DNA of 64,000 nucleotides from NCBI GenBank assembly GCA_036265615.1, contig DATAOT010000122.1:10526-74525 (forward strand). Direction: 5' to 3'. Positions 1 to 9,829 of the stretch are shown here, one piece after another; position 1 is the first letter of the stretch, and each line of letters starts with the position of its first letter. The DNA is from Aestuariivirgaceae bacterium (GTDB taxonomy: Bacteria; Pseudomonadota; Alphaproteobacteria; Rhizobiales; Aestuariivirgaceae). The notes below the pieces were generated by a model that worked only from the letters and a program-made list of their open reading frames with translations, made no database searches and was not told the DNA's origin. Both the position numbers and the translations under genes were made by a program.

Positions 1-600
1 ATGGAGGAGCTTTCGCTGCTCAATATCGGGTCGCGGCCGACGCGCCGTTTCGGCGCCAAGGGCATAGACGATCTCAGGGCCATTCCCTGGGTGTTTGCCT
101 GGAGCCAGAACCGTCATCTGATCACCGGCTGGTATGGAATCGGCTCGGCATTGTCAGGCTACGGTGCAGGCCACGGCTCGGAAGGCCGGAAGCGGCTTTC
201 GCTGATGTATGAACGATCGCGGGTGTTCCGGCTGATCATCGACGAGGTCGAGAAGACGATGGCGCTGACCGACATGGCGATCGGGCAATCCTATGCGGCG
301 CTGGTTGCCGACAAGGCCCAGAGCCGGTTCTTCCTCGATCTCGTTCGGGCCGAATATGAGCTCACCTGCTCGGAGGTCCTGCGCATCACCGGCGAGACGG
401 CGCTCGGCGAGCGCTTTCCGTCGTTCCGGCGACGACTGGACCAGGTCACCCCCCTGCTCCAGCGCACTCATGCGCTCCAGGTCGAGCTTCTCGCCCAGTT
501 CCGCGCCGAACAGGCCGGCGGCACGACGAAGGTGCGGTCGCTCGTGCCGCTGCTCCTGTCGATGAACTGCATCTCGGCAGGCCTTGGCTGGACCGGCTGA
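1..600 (+). CDS. ppc: Phosphoenolpyruvate carboxylase, C-terminal fragment (5' part outside window)
   Basis: Frame is open from the window edge. Translation contains RAIPWVFAWSQNRHLITGWYG and ends NCISAGLGWTG, matching the conserved PEPC C-terminus. Confidence 0.85.
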   Translation: MEELSLLNIGSRPTRRFGAKGIDDLRAIPWVFAWSQNRHLITGWYGIGSALSGYGAGHGSEGRKRLSLMYERSRVFRLIIDEVEKTMALTDMAIGQSYAALVADKAQSRFFLDLVRAEYELTCSEVLRITGETALGERFPSFRRRLDQVTPLLQRTHALQVELLAQFRAEQAGGTTKVRSLVPLLLSMNCISAGLGWTG

Positions 601-613
601 TCGCTTCGTAGCT

Positions 614-1294
614 TTAACTCCACAGCGCCCGCAAGCCGAAATAGGCGGTGTCCTTGATGCGGCGCGCGGCTTCCTGGAGACGCGAATTCCGCGGGTCGCT
701 GCAATAAGTCATCGACAGCACGATCCGCCGCTCGCCTTCGGCCAGGGTGGTCACGCGATGCAGGACTCTGGCACCTTCAAAGACGACGAGGGTATTGGGC
801 GGGGTCGGGATGACCCGCTCATTCCTGCCGCGGCGCACGAGAAGGCGCGCCGTCGATAGGCCGTCCGGTCCCTCGCCCTGATTGGCAATTGGGAGCAGCA
901 CCGTGAAGTGCCGGCCCTTGTAGAAATTGTGGTCATAGTGCCAGCCGATATGGTCGCCCGGCTTCACGTAATAGAGGACCGAGCAGGAACTCTTGTCCGT
1001 CAAGGGCGTCGTCTGGACCTCGAGGCCAACGATGCCTGCAATCGCCTTCCGCATGGCGGGCGACCGGTAGAGCGCGACCACGGTTGGCGCATGCTCGCGC
1101 AACGTCTCATAGGCGACGGTGCCGCCCTGCTTGTGCAGTGGCAGGTAACTGCGCTCAGTGTCACCGACCCCCTCGATCTCGGCGACGATGCGCTGGCGAA
1201 TGTCGGCGGGGAGGAAGTCGGAAATGGTGGCGAGCCGTTCGGCGAAGCTCGGAACGGTCTGCGGAGCGAGGCTGCATGTGGCAAGGTCGTGCAT
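614..1294 (-). CDS. 2OG-Fe(II) oxygenase superfamily protein
   Basis: 226-aa ORF with HxD...H type motifs (GWHYDHN ... ARVLHRV) typical of the 2-oxoglutarate/Fe(II) oxygenase fold. Convergent with ppc, 13-nt gap. Confidence 0.6.
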   Translation of the reverse strand: MHDLATCSLAPQTVPSFAERLATISDFLPADIRQRIVAEIEGVGDTERSYLPLHKQGGTVAYETLREHAPTVVALYRSPAMRKAIAGIVGLEVQTTPLTDKSSCSVLYYVKPGDHIGWHYDHNFYKGRHFTVLLPIANQGEGPDGLSTARLLVRRGRNERVIPTPPNTLVVFEGARVLHRVTTLAEGERRIVLSMTYCSDPRNSRLQEAARRIKDTAYFGLRALWS

Positions 1295-1379
1295 GATCGC
1301 CGACTAAACGAGTCATGTGACAGCTTTATAAGGGCTCGCTAAGGTGCAGCAAACGCGCCGTCGAAGGAGGAACTGCCCG

Positions 1380-2363
1380 ATGAAGCCAGCATGGTTGTCT
1401 CGCCGCACCGTCATCGCCATCTCGGCCGGACTGGTCGCCAGCGTGGCGGCCGGCCCCCGGCTCGCCCGCGCCAAGACCCGCATCACCATCGTTACGGGCG
1501 GCACGGGCGGCGTGTTCTATCCATATGGCGGCGGTATTGCCAAAATCCTGTCGGAGAAGGTTCCCGACATGCAGGCGACGGCCCAGGTCACCGGCGGATC
1601 GGTCGACAATGTCAAGCTGCTGGCCGCGGGCGAGGCGGAACTCGGTTTCGCCACGCTCGATTCCGCCTGGGAGGGACTGAACGGGCTCGGCGCCTATGCC
1701 AAGGACGGCAAGCAGGACATCCGCACCGTGGCGCTGCTGTACGACAGCTTCTTCCATGTCTGTGCCGCCGCCGATGCGCAGATCGGCAAAGTCGCCGATT
1801 TCAAGGGCAAGCGGGTGTCGGTCGGATCGGCCGGCTCGTCGACCGAGTCGATCGCCGACCGCGTGCTGAAGGCAGCCGGTCTCGATCCTCAGGCCGATGT
1901 CGGTCGCGACAATCTCGGCGTTTCCGAGTCCGCCGGGGCGCTCAAGGACGGCAAGATCGTGGGGTTCTTCTGGATCGGCGGGGTGCCAACGGCAGCGGTC
2001 AAGGACCTCGCGGCATCGGGACAGCCCAAGATCACCTTCATCCCGACGCATGCCGAACTGCAGGTCATCGACAAGGAGTTCCCCGGCTTGTACCGGCCGT
2101 TCACGCTGAAGCCCAATTCCTACGCCGGCCAGGATCAGGAGGTCGCCGGACTTGGCGTCGCCAACGTCTTGCTGGTCGCGGCAAATGCACCTGATGATCT
2201 GGTCAAGAACATCCTCGAGGGCATCTTCGCCAATCTCGAGGACGTCAAGGCGATCCACCCCGAGGCGCGCAAGCTGTCGCTCGCCGGTGCGGCAGCCAAG
2301 ACGGCGGTGCCGCTCCATCCGGCAGCGGCGGCGTTCTATCAGTCGAAAGGCGTGCAGCTCTGA
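1380..2363 (+). CDS. TRAP transporter solute receptor, TAXI family
   Basis: ATG 1380 is preceded by AGGAGG (1365-1370). Signal-like N-terminus (RRTVIAISAGLVASVAA..ARA) is followed by TIVTGGTGGVFYPYGGGIAKIL, the TAXI hallmark. The track ORF (1344) was trimmed. Confidence 0.85.
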   Translation: MKPAWLSRRTVIAISAGLVASVAAGPRLARAKTRITIVTGGTGGVFYPYGGGIAKILSEKVPDMQATAQVTGGSVDNVKLLAAGEAELGFATLDSAWEGLNGLGAYAKDGKQDIRTVALLYDSFFHVCAAADAQIGKVADFKGKRVSVGSAGSSTESIADRVLKAAGLDPQADVGRDNLGVSESAGALKDGKIVGFFWIGGVPTAAVKDLAASGQPKITFIPTHAELQVIDKEFPGLYRPFTLKPNSYAGQDQEVAGLGVANVLLVAANAPDDLVKNILEGIFANLEDVKAIHPEARKLSLAGAAAKTAVPLHPAAAAFYQSKGVQL

Positions 2364-4471
2364 GCAGGGTCGCGGCCGCGCCCGAGGAGCCACGGCCGCT
2401 CAGCGCGGAAGACCTCGAGCGGCTGTCGATCGACAGCGAGGGCGGACCCGCCGACCGACCGCAGGGATGGCTCGGATGGCTGACCGGCGGGCTCGCCTTC
2501 GCGCTGTCGGCCTACGCGCTGTTCTGGACGCAGTTCGCGCTCAACACCACGCTCTATCGGGCCTCGTTCCTGGCCTTGGCCCTCGTTCTCATCTTTCTGC
2601 TTTATCCGCTCAGCCGGACCGTACCCCTTCCGCCGCGAGCCGCCCGGATCATCGATTGGACATTCGCCGTGGTGGCGGTCGTCGCGGCGCTCTATCTGCC
2701 GTTCAACATCGACGCCTACAAGATCCGGCCGACCCGGCCGACGGCGCAAGAGCTGGCACTTGGCGGTGCCCTGATGCTTCTCATTCTCGAAGCCACACGG
2801 CGCACCATCGGCTGGCACCTGCCGGCCATCGCCGTTGCCTTCCTCGTCTACTGCTATTTCGGCCCATGGATGCCGGAGCCGTTCGACCATCGCGGCTTCT
2901 CGGTCACCCGGATCATCGGCCAGAGCTACCTGACATTCGAGGGGATTTTTTCGACCCCGCTCGATGTTGCGGCAACGTTCATCATCCTCTTCACGATTTA
3001 TGGCGCGGTGCTCGACCGGGGCGGCGCCGGACGGTTCTTCGTCGATTGGGCGCTCGCAGTGTTCGGTCGGGAAGCGGGGCCGGGTGCACCGGGCCGGGCG
3101 GTCAATGCCGCGGGCTTCCTGCTCGGAACGGTATCCGGCTCGGGCGTTGCGACCACCGTCACGGTGGCATCGCTCACCTGGCCGCTCCTCAGGCGCGCCG
3201 GCTACGATCCGGACACGGCGGGCGGCATGATCTCGGCGGCCGGGATCGGGGCCACATTGTCGCCGCCCACGCTCGGTGCAGCGGCCTTCATCATAGCCGA
3301 ATATCTCGACGTGCCGTATTTCACGATCCTGATCTATGCCACGATACCGACGCTGCTCTATTATCTTTCCTGCTGGCTCATGACCGAGGCCGATGCCAGA
3401 CGGCTCAAGATCCATCCGACGGCGCGCAGCGATCTCTCGGTGGTCGGCCTGACCCTGTCGCAGGGCTATCACTTCATCTCGCTTGCGGCGATCGCGGTCA
3501 TCCTGGCGCTTGGGTTTACCTCGTTCATGGCGGTGTTCTGGTCGCTGGCGATCGCCTTCGTGCTGTCGATGCTCAGAGAGGACAGCCGCCTCGTGTCGCT
3601 GCCGGCCTTCGGTTTCGGGGTGGGCTGCGGCATCGCCGCCCTGATCATCGGCCGTCTCGATCCGGGGATCCTGCCCTTTCAGCTGCTCGATGCACGCAGC
3701 TCGGTGGCGGTGTTCTGGGGCATCGCCGGCGCCACCGCCTTCTCGGCGTTCCAGGCCTTGACGGCGCTGCGCCAGGATCACAGCCCACCGGCCGACCAGA
3801 CGCGCATGATCGAGGCGCTGAGCGAGGGAGCGCGGGCGACGCTCGGGGTGGTCGCGACCTGCGCCACAGCCGGCATCATCGTGTGCGTCGTCAATCTGAC
3901 GGGGCTCGGGCTCACCATCTCCGGCATCATCGTCGAGTTCGGCCAGGGATCGCGCCTGGCCGTGATCCTGCTTGCGGCGCTTGCCATGTGGGTGCTTGGC
4001 CTCGCCGTGCCGATCACCGCAAGCTACATCATCGCTGCAGTGATGCTGGTTCCGGCGCTCGTCAAGGTCGGCATCCCGGAGCCTGCAGCGCATATGTTCA
4101 TGTTCTATTATGCAGTGCTTGGCGATGTGTCGCCGCCAACTGCGCTGGCGCCCTTCGCCGCAGCCGCACTCACGGGTGGTCGCCCCTTCGCCACCATGCG
4201 GCAGGCGTGGAAATACACGCTGCCAGCATTTCTGGTGCCGGTGATGTTCTGCGTGAGCCCGACCGGCTTGAGACTCCTGATGATCACGCCGCAAGGCACC
4301 GCACCGACGAGCGTGGCGGATTTTGCGTTGATTGCGATGACGAGCCTTATCGCAGCGGCGTCGCTTGCCGCCTTTGCCGCGAGCCTGACCGGCTATGCCT
4401 GGCGGCCGCTGACGGCACTCGAACGCGCAGCTTTCGGCATTGTCGGGCTGGCGCTGCTGTGGGTGAGCTAA
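2360..4471 (+). CDS. TRAP transporter fused permease (TAXI-associated DctQM-type); start codon uncertain
   Basis: Long polytopic membrane ORF directly after the TAXI receptor. The track starts it at TTG 2576, but the conserved N-terminal sequence (LSAEDLERL...GWLGWLTGGLAFALSAYALFWTQF) lies upstream in the same frame. The only start-like codon between the in-frame stop at 2195 and 2576 is CTG 2360. Confidence 0.8.
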   Translation: MSRVAAAPEEPRPLSAEDLERLSIDSEGGPADRPQGWLGWLTGGLAFALSAYALFWTQFALNTTLYRASFLALALVLIFLLYPLSRTVPLPPRAARIIDWTFAVVAVVAALYLPFNIDAYKIRPTRPTAQELALGGALMLLILEATRRTIGWHLPAIAVAFLVYCYFGPWMPEPFDHRGFSVTRIIGQSYLTFEGIFSTPLDVAATFIILFTIYGAVLDRGGAGRFFVDWALAVFGREAGPGAPGRAVNAAGFLLGTVSGSGVATTVTVASLTWPLLRRAGYDPDTAGGMISAAGIGATLSPPTLGAAAFIIAEYLDVPYFTILIYATIPTLLYYLSCWLMTEADARRLKIHPTARSDLSVVGLTLSQGYHFISLAAIAVILALGFTSFMAVFWSLAIAFVLSMLREDSRLVSLPAFGFGVGCGIAALIIGRLDPGILPFQLLDARSSVAVFWGIAGATAFSAFQALTALRQDHSPPADQTRMIEALSEGARATLGVVATCATAGIIVCVVNLTGLGLTISGIIVEFGQGSRLAVILLAALAMWVLGLAVPITASYIIAAVMLVPALVKVGIPEPAAHMFMFYYAVLGDVSPPTALAPFAAAALTGGRPFATMRQAWKYTLPAFLVPVMFCVSPTGLRLLMITPQGTAPTSVADFALIAMTSLIAAASLAAFAASLTGYAWRPLTALERAAFGIVGLALLWVS

Positions 4472-4566
4472 CGTTTCGCTAACCATCGGCGAGGCTGACC
4501 TTTGCGCCGCAGGCAGATCAACTCTAACAAGAAGCGATGGGGCGATGACAACCAACACGGGATGCA

Positions 4567-5781
4567 ATGCGCGTCGTTGCAGCGGCTTGGGGAGCAACAA
4601 GAGGAAATGTCGGCGTGGCATTCGCGCTGACAGTGATCCCGTTATGCGCTGTTCTTGGCGTGGCGATCGACTATCTCTGCGCGAGCAATCTGCGCAGCAC
4701 CCTTCAGGCAGCCGCGGATGCTGCGGTACTCGCTGCCGGAGCTCAGGGCAGCGACGACGACGCGACGCTCGAGGCGACCGTCGCCCGTTTCATGGATGCC
4801 AATCTGACCGCATCGGCGAAGGCCGCCCTCGGGAGCGTGCGGGTCACCTTCACCAAGCCGGCGACGATCAGGGTCGAAGCCCAAGCGGTGTCGAAGAACA
4901 GCTTCCTGAAGCTCGTCGGCATCGATGTGACCCCGGTCGCGGTGACGAGCGAGGCGGTCATGGGAAACCCGCTCGAGGTGGCGCTCGTTCTCGACAATAC
5001 CGGTTCGATGGCAGGATCAAAGGAGGCGGCGCTGCGCAAGGCCGGCCGCGAGCTCGTCGACACCGTCATGGTCGACCAGGCCGACGTCAAGGTGGCGGTG
5101 GTGCCGTTCTCGCAATATGTCAATGTCGGTGTCGGAAACGGCACGGCGCCATGGCTTGCAGTGACCGCCCTTTCAGCCTCGGTAACATGGGCGGGTTGTG
5201 TCAGGTCGCGGCCGCAGCCGCTCGACGTGAGCGATCGGTCGCCGGAAATCCCCTACCCTTTCCTTGCACAGCAAAGCTCGCTGTCCCGCAATTATTTCTG
5301 CCCAAACCCTTTGACGCCGCTCACGGCCGAGAAGTCGGTTGTGATGGCGGCCATAGACAGCATGGTGATGAGCAGCCTCAGCACCTACATTCCCGCCGGG
5401 CTGATGTGGGGGTGGAACGTGCTGACGCCGGCCGCACCTTTCAGCGAGGCGCGAGCCAAGGGGGTGCGCAAGGCGATGGTGCTGATGACCGACGGAGCGA
5501 ACACTGCCACACTCTTCCCCGGCGGCTTTCACCAGCCCGACCCCAATCCCGCGCAAACGGTCAACACGATGCTGACCCTGTGCGGCAACATCAAGCAGGC
5601 CGGAATCCATTTGTACACGGTTGCCTTTGCCATTTCCGGCGCCGATTTGCCGGTGATCGGTCAGCTCAGAACCTGCGCCAGCGACAGCGGGTCGGCCTTC
5701 ACCGCCGATGACGGCACCGCGCTCATCCAAGTCTTCCGCGACATCACCAAGCAGCTCAAGGTGCTGCGGCTGGCACGCTAG
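4567..5781 (+). CDS. TadE/TadG-like pilus-assembly-type protein with vWA domain
   Basis: N-terminal hydrophobic Tad-like segment ([24 protein letters not shown]), then a vWA-like domain with MIDAS-type LVLDNTGSM and [10 protein letters not shown]. Confidence 0.65.
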   Translation: MRVVAAAWGATRGNVGVAFALTVIPLCAVLGVAIDYLCASNLRSTLQAAADAAVLAAGAQGSDDDATLEATVARFMDANLTASAKAALGSVRVTFTKPATIRVEAQAVSKNSFLKLVGIDVTPVAVTSEAVMGNPLEVALVLDNTGSMAGSKEAALRKAGRELVDTVMVDQADVKVAVVPFSQYVNVGVGNGTAPWLAVTALSASVTWAGCVRSRPQPLDVSDRSPEIPYPFLAQQSSLSRNYFCPNPLTPLTAEKSVVMAAIDSMVMSSLSTYIPAGLMWGWNVLTPAAPFSEARAKGVRKAMVLMTDGANTATLFPGGFHQPDPNPAQTVNTMLTLCGNIKQAGIHLYTVAFAISGADLPVIGQLRTCASDSGSAFTADDGTALIQVFRDITKQLKVLRLAR

Positions 5782-7700
5782 ATCTCCAGCTGAGTCCCGA
5801 GCTCCACGACACGGCCGGTCGGGATCTTGAAGAAGCTCGTGGCGCTGGCGGAGTTCAGGGCCATGAAGGCAAACAGCCGTTCGCGCCACATCGCCATGCC
5901 GGGCCGGAGGCTTGGAACGATGGTCTCGCGGCTGACGAAGAACGACGTGCGCATCATGTCGAACTGGAGCCCGTAAAGGCCGCGGCATTGCACCAGCGCT
6001 GCGGGGATGTCGGGCGATTCCATGAACCCGTAGCGCAGGATCAGCCGGTAGAAGCCGTTGCCAAGCTCGGACAGGCGCAGCCTCTCCTCGCTTGCGACAT
6101 GCGGTACGTCGGCGGTCACTACGGTCAGGAAGACGACACGATCATGCATTGTCTGATTGTGCTTGAGATTATGCAGCAGCGCGACCGGCACGCCTTCGGC
6201 ACGCGAGGTGAGGAACACGGCATTGCCCTTGGCCCGCGGGATCTTGTCGCTCAAGGAACGCATGAAAGTGTCGAACGGCATGGCATGGCGGGCCAGCTGT
6301 TCCTGGACGAGCTCGCGGCCGCGCTTCCAGGTGGTGAGCACGGTGAAGGTGGTGAGCGCAACAAGCAGCGGGAACCAACCGCCTTGCGGGATCTTGATGG
6401 CGTTGGCCGAGAAGAAGGCGAGATCGACAAGGAACAGCGAGCCTGCGACGAGCCCGACGATCAGCGGCTGCCAACGCCACATCATGCCCATGACGAATGC
6501 GATCAATATGGTGTCGATCATCATGGTGCCGGTCACGGCAATTCCATAGGCAGCAGCGAGATCGCTGGACGAGCCAAAGCCGACCACCAGCCCCACGACG
6601 GCGCAATAGAGCGTCCAGTTGATGAACGGCACGTAGATTTGCCCGCGCTCCTCGCCTGAAGTGTGGATGATCTTGAGCCGCGGCAGAAGGCCGAGCTGGA
6701 TGGCCTGACGTGCCACCGAGAAGGCACCGGAGATCACCGCCTGCGAGGCGATAACGGTGGCAAGCGTCGCCAAGATGACGAGCGGCAGGAGGCCCCAGTC
6801 AGGTGCCAGCCGGAAGAACGGGCTGTGAATCGCCTCGGCATTTTGCAGCAGCAGGGCACCCTGGCCGAAATAGTTGAGCAGCAGTGCCGGCTTGACGAAG
6901 CTGAACCAGGCAAGGCGAATGGGCAGCTTGCCGAAATGTCCCATATCGGTGTAGAGCGCCTCCGCACCGGTCGCAGCGAGGAACACCGACCCGAGCGCGA
7001 AGAAACCCTGAAGCGGATGCCTGACAATGAAGCCGACGCCATAGAGCGGATTGGCGGCATAGAGTATCTCCGGCGCGTGCACGAGATTGATCAGGCCGAG
7101 CAAAGACAGGGTGAGAAACCAGACCGACATGATCGGGCCGAACATCAACCCGACGGTAGCCGTGCCATGGCTCTGCAGGGCGAAGAGGCCGGTGATAATG
7201 ATGACGGTCAGCGGGATGACATAGCTTGCGAGCTGCGGGGTCACCACCTCCAGACCCTCGACCGCCGACAGCACCGAGATTGCCGGCGTGATCATGCTGT
7301 CGCCGTAGAACAGGGCCGCAGCGAAGATGCCGAGGAGGAGGAGGAAGCGAGCGGCGCGGGTGCCCTTGGTGACCTCGCTGACCAGCGCCAGCAGGGCGAG
7401 GCTGCCACCCTCGCCGCGGTTGTCGGCCCGCATGATGATGCTGACATATTTCACCGACACCAGGATGATGATCGTCCAGCAGACAAGCGACAGAATGCCG
7501 AACAGATTCTGCGGCGTCACCGGCAGCGGATGATGCCCGGCAAAGGTCTCGCGCACGGCATAAAGCGGGCTCGTGCCGATATCGCCGAACACGATACCGA
7601 CGGCTGCAACCACCAGTCCAGCCAGCTTACTGCCTTCCGTCTTCATCCGGCCATGCGTTGATTGAATGGCGCTCCAGAACAAACGCCGCGAGCCATCCAT
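5778..7700 (-). CDS. kup: KUP/HAK/KT potassium transporter
   Basis: [10 protein letters not shown] motif, about 12 hydrophobic segments and a long soluble C-terminus. Start set at ATG 7700 (GGGGGA 5 nt upstream) rather than the track start 7754. Confidence 0.9.
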   Translation of the reverse strand: MDGSRRLFWSAIQSTHGRMKTEGSKLAGLVVAAVGIVFGDIGTSPLYAVRETFAGHHPLPVTPQNLFGILSLVCWTIIILVSVKYVSIIMRADNRGEGGSLALLALVSEVTKGTRAARFLLLLGIFAAALFYGDSMITPAISVLSAVEGLEVVTPQLASYVIPLTVIIITGLFALQSHGTATVGLMFGPIMSVWFLTLSLLGLINLVHAPEILYAANPLYGVGFIVRHPLQGFFALGSVFLAATGAEALYTDMGHFGKLPIRLAWFSFVKPALLLNYFGQGALLLQNAEAIHSPFFRLAPDWGLLPLVILATLATVIASQAVISGAFSVARQAIQLGLLPRLKIIHTSGEERGQIYVPFINWTLYCAVVGLVVGFGSSSDLAAAYGIAVTGTMMIDTILIAFVMGMMWRWQPLIVGLVAGSLFLVDLAFFSANAIKIPQGGWFPLLVALTTFTVLTTWKRGRELVQEQLARHAMPFDTFMRSLSDKIPRAKGNAVFLTSRAEGVPVALLHNLKHNQTMHDRVVFLTVVTADVPHVASEERLRLSELGNGFYRLILRYGFMESPDIPAALVQCRGLYGLQFDMMRTSFFVSRETIVPSLRPGMAMWRERLFAFMALNSASATSFFKIPTGRVVELGTQLEI

Positions 7701-7722
7701 GCGGTTCCCCCTCATGACCACC

Positions 7723-8481
7723 TCAATAGGTGGCGCGCCCTCCAGTGAGATCAAAGGTGAAGCCAGTGGAGAAACTGCATTCGGGCGAGATGATCCAGGC
7801 GATCATCGCCGCCACCTCGTTCAAGGTGCCCAGGCGGCGCATGGGGATTTTCTGAGTCATGTAATCGACAGTAGCCTGCGGCAGTTGGTCCACCATGGGC
7901 GTCTGGATCACCGCCGGGGCCAACGCATTGATGGTGATTCCGCTCTCGGCATAGTCCTTTGCCATCGACTTGACCAGCCCGATCAGGCCGGCCTTGCTGG
8001 CGGAATAGGCCGTCATGCCGGCGTTTCCCTCCTTGCCGGCAATCGAGGCGACGTGCAGGAGCCGGCCGTAATTCTGCGCGAGCATGATCGGCAGGACAGC
8101 CTGCGAGACCAGAAGCGCTCCCCGGAGGTTGATGCGGTAAACCAGATCGAAATCGTCGAGATCGACTTCATGAGCCCGGAGATTGGTGCGCCCGGTGACG
8201 CCAGCGCAGTTGACAACGCCGTCAATCCTGCCGAAATCGGCCATTGCCGCAGCCACAGCGTCGGTCACCGAGGCCATTTCCGTCACGTCGCAGGCAGCGC
8301 TCAAGCTGCGGCCGCCACTGGAAGAAATCCGCTCGGCCACCGCTGCGGCACCCGCCGCGTTCCTGTCCAGACAACCGACGGTCACACTCCGTTGTGCAAG
8401 ATATTCGGCGGCGGCCATGCCGATGCCGCTGGCTGCCCCGATCACCAGCACAAAATAAGGTCGATCCGCCAACGATCCCAT
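7723..8481 (-). CDS. SDR family oxidoreductase
   Basis: Rossmann motif [13 protein letters not shown], and catalytic YSASKAG. About 250 aa, classical short-chain dehydrogenase layout. Start is approximate. Confidence 0.8.
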   Translation of the reverse strand: MGSLADRPYFVLVIGAASGIGMAAAEYLAQRSVTVGCLDRNAAGAAAVAERISSSGGRSLSAACDVTEMASVTDAVAAAMADFGRIDGVVNCAGVTGRTNLRAHEVDLDDFDLVYRINLRGALLVSQAVLPIMLAQNYGRLLHVASIAGKEGNAGMTAYSASKAGLIGLVKSMAKDYAESGITINALAPAVIQTPMVDQLPQATVDYMTQKIPMRRLGTLNEVAAMIAWIISPECSFSTGFTFDLTGGRATY

Positions 8482-8641
8482 GCAAGCCACCACGCCTCTG
8501 GTCGACAGCGGACGCATCGGCCCCGACCGCGACGGGCCATGCGTCTAGCATGGCACCCGCCGGCCTGCCAGAACGATTTGCTTCCCTTTTTCTGGCACCT
8601 GCCGCAAGAATGGCGCCGCCCATCTCTCAAACATCACGAGG

Positions 8642-9175
8642 TTGCCAGTGTCAAAGGACAGAAACAGGGACGCAGCGAAGTCGAGCGTGGCGGCGCTCGA
8701 TACGCCGACCGATCTCAGCGCCAATGCCGTTCCTGAGATCTCAAGCGCCTTGAACGCGTTGCTTGCCGATACTTTCGCTCTCTATCTCAAGACAAAAAAT
8801 TTCCACTGGCACGTCAGCGGACCGCATTTCCGCGACTACCATCTGCTGCTCGACGAGCAGGCGGAGCAGATCTTCGGGGCCACCGACGATATCGCCGAGC
8901 GGGTGCGAAAGATCGGCGGGACCACGCTGCGCTCGATTGGACAGATCGCCAAGCTGCAGCGCGTCAAGGACAACGATGCCGCATTCGTGGCGCCGCGCGA
9001 AATGCTGCGCGAGTTGATGAACGACAACAAGGCGATGGCCCACAATCTGCGCGAGGCCCGCGACATCGCCGAGAAGCATGACGATGTCGGCACGACGCAG
9101 CTGCTCGAAACCTTCATCGATCAGGCGGAGCGCCGCACCTGGTTCCTGTTCGAGGCGAGCCGCAGCGACGAGTGA
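8642..9175 (+). CDS. dps: Dps family DNA-protection/ferritin-like protein
   Basis: LNALLADTFALYLKTKNFHWHVSGPHFRDYHLLLDEQ is the canonical Dps ferroxidase-site region. About 175 aa. Confidence 0.9.
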   Translation: MPVSKDRNRDAAKSSVAALDTPTDLSANAVPEISSALNALLADTFALYLKTKNFHWHVSGPHFRDYHLLLDEQAEQIFGATDDIAERVRKIGGTTLRSIGQIAKLQRVKDNDAAFVAPREMLRELMNDNKAMAHNLREARDIAEKHDDVGTTQLLETFIDQAERRTWFLFEASRSDE

Positions 9176-9178
9176 CTC

Positions 9179-9829
9179 TTGGACGACTTCATCCACTCGA
9201 TCCTGCTGGTGTTCGCCGGCCTGTTCCCGATCGTCAATCCGGTCGGCGATGCGCCGATCTTCCTGACGCTCACCCGTCACTGCAGCAAGGGTGAGCGCCA
9301 TTTGCTCGCCGGCAAGGTGGCGATCAACAGTTTCATCCTGCTGACTGCATCGCTGTTCCTCGGCTCCCATGTGTTGGAATTCTTCGGCATCACGCTGCCG
9401 GTGCTGCGGATCGCCGGCGGACTCGTGGTAACGGCGTTCGGCTGGAAACTGCTTCATGCCGGCGACAATCCCGATGAGTCCGGCAACAGCACCCAACCCA
9501 ACACCGAGGTCGATGCGTTTTACCCTCTGACCATGCCGCTCACTGTCGGCCCCGGATCGATTTCGGTGGCGATTGCGCTCGGCACCCAACGCCCGGCGGT
9601 CGAGCAATATTTTTCCCAGTTTGCGTCGCTGGCGCTGGCGGCGGTGCTCGGTCTCGCGGCGATCGCGGTGACGATCTATGTGTGCTACCGCTTCGCCGAG
9701 CAGATCGTGGCGGTTCTAGGAGAGCGCGGCACCGATGTGGTGATGCGACTTTCGGCGTTCATCCTGTTGTGCATCGGCATCCAGATCATGTGGAACGGCT
9801 ATTGGAGCCTGGTGCATCCCGCACCCTGA
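9179..9829 (+). CDS. MarC family (UPF0056) membrane protein
   Basis: Six hydrophobic segments and an N-terminal FPIVNPVGDAPIFLTLT motif typical of MarC/UPF0056. TTG start 4 nt after the dps stop. Confidence 0.8.
   Translation: MDDFIHSILLVFAGLFPIVNPVGDAPIFLTLTRHCSKGERHLLAGKVAINSFILLTASLFLGSHVLEFFGITLPVLRIAGGLVVTAFGWKLLHAGDNPDESGNSTQPNTEVDAFYPLTMPLTVGPGSISVAIALGTQRPAVEQYFSQFASLALAAVLGLAAIAVTIYVCYRFAEQIVAVLGERGTDVVMRLSAFILLCIGIQIMWNGYWSLVHPAP

Noticed and set aside
2152-4621. Very long ORFs overlapping the TRAP permease gene (776 aa on +, frame 1; 760 aa on -).
   Set aside because: Their translations are Arg/Pro/Gly/Ala-rich low-complexity strings with no recognisable motifs. They overlap a clearly genuine membrane-protein frame. 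These are typical shadow ORFs of GC-rich DNA.
5778-5781. The convergent TadG-like and kup genes share a CTAG tetranucleotide as overlapping stop codons.
   Set aside because: This is a trivial consequence of TAG being contained in the palindromic tetranucleotide CTAG. No functional implication is inferred.
8593-8608. Sigma-54-like TGGCAC element upstream of dps (TGGCACCTGCCGCAAG).
   Set aside because: The GC of the -12 element is two bases too close to the GG of the -24 element (consensus TGGCAC-N5-TTGC), and there is no TTGC.
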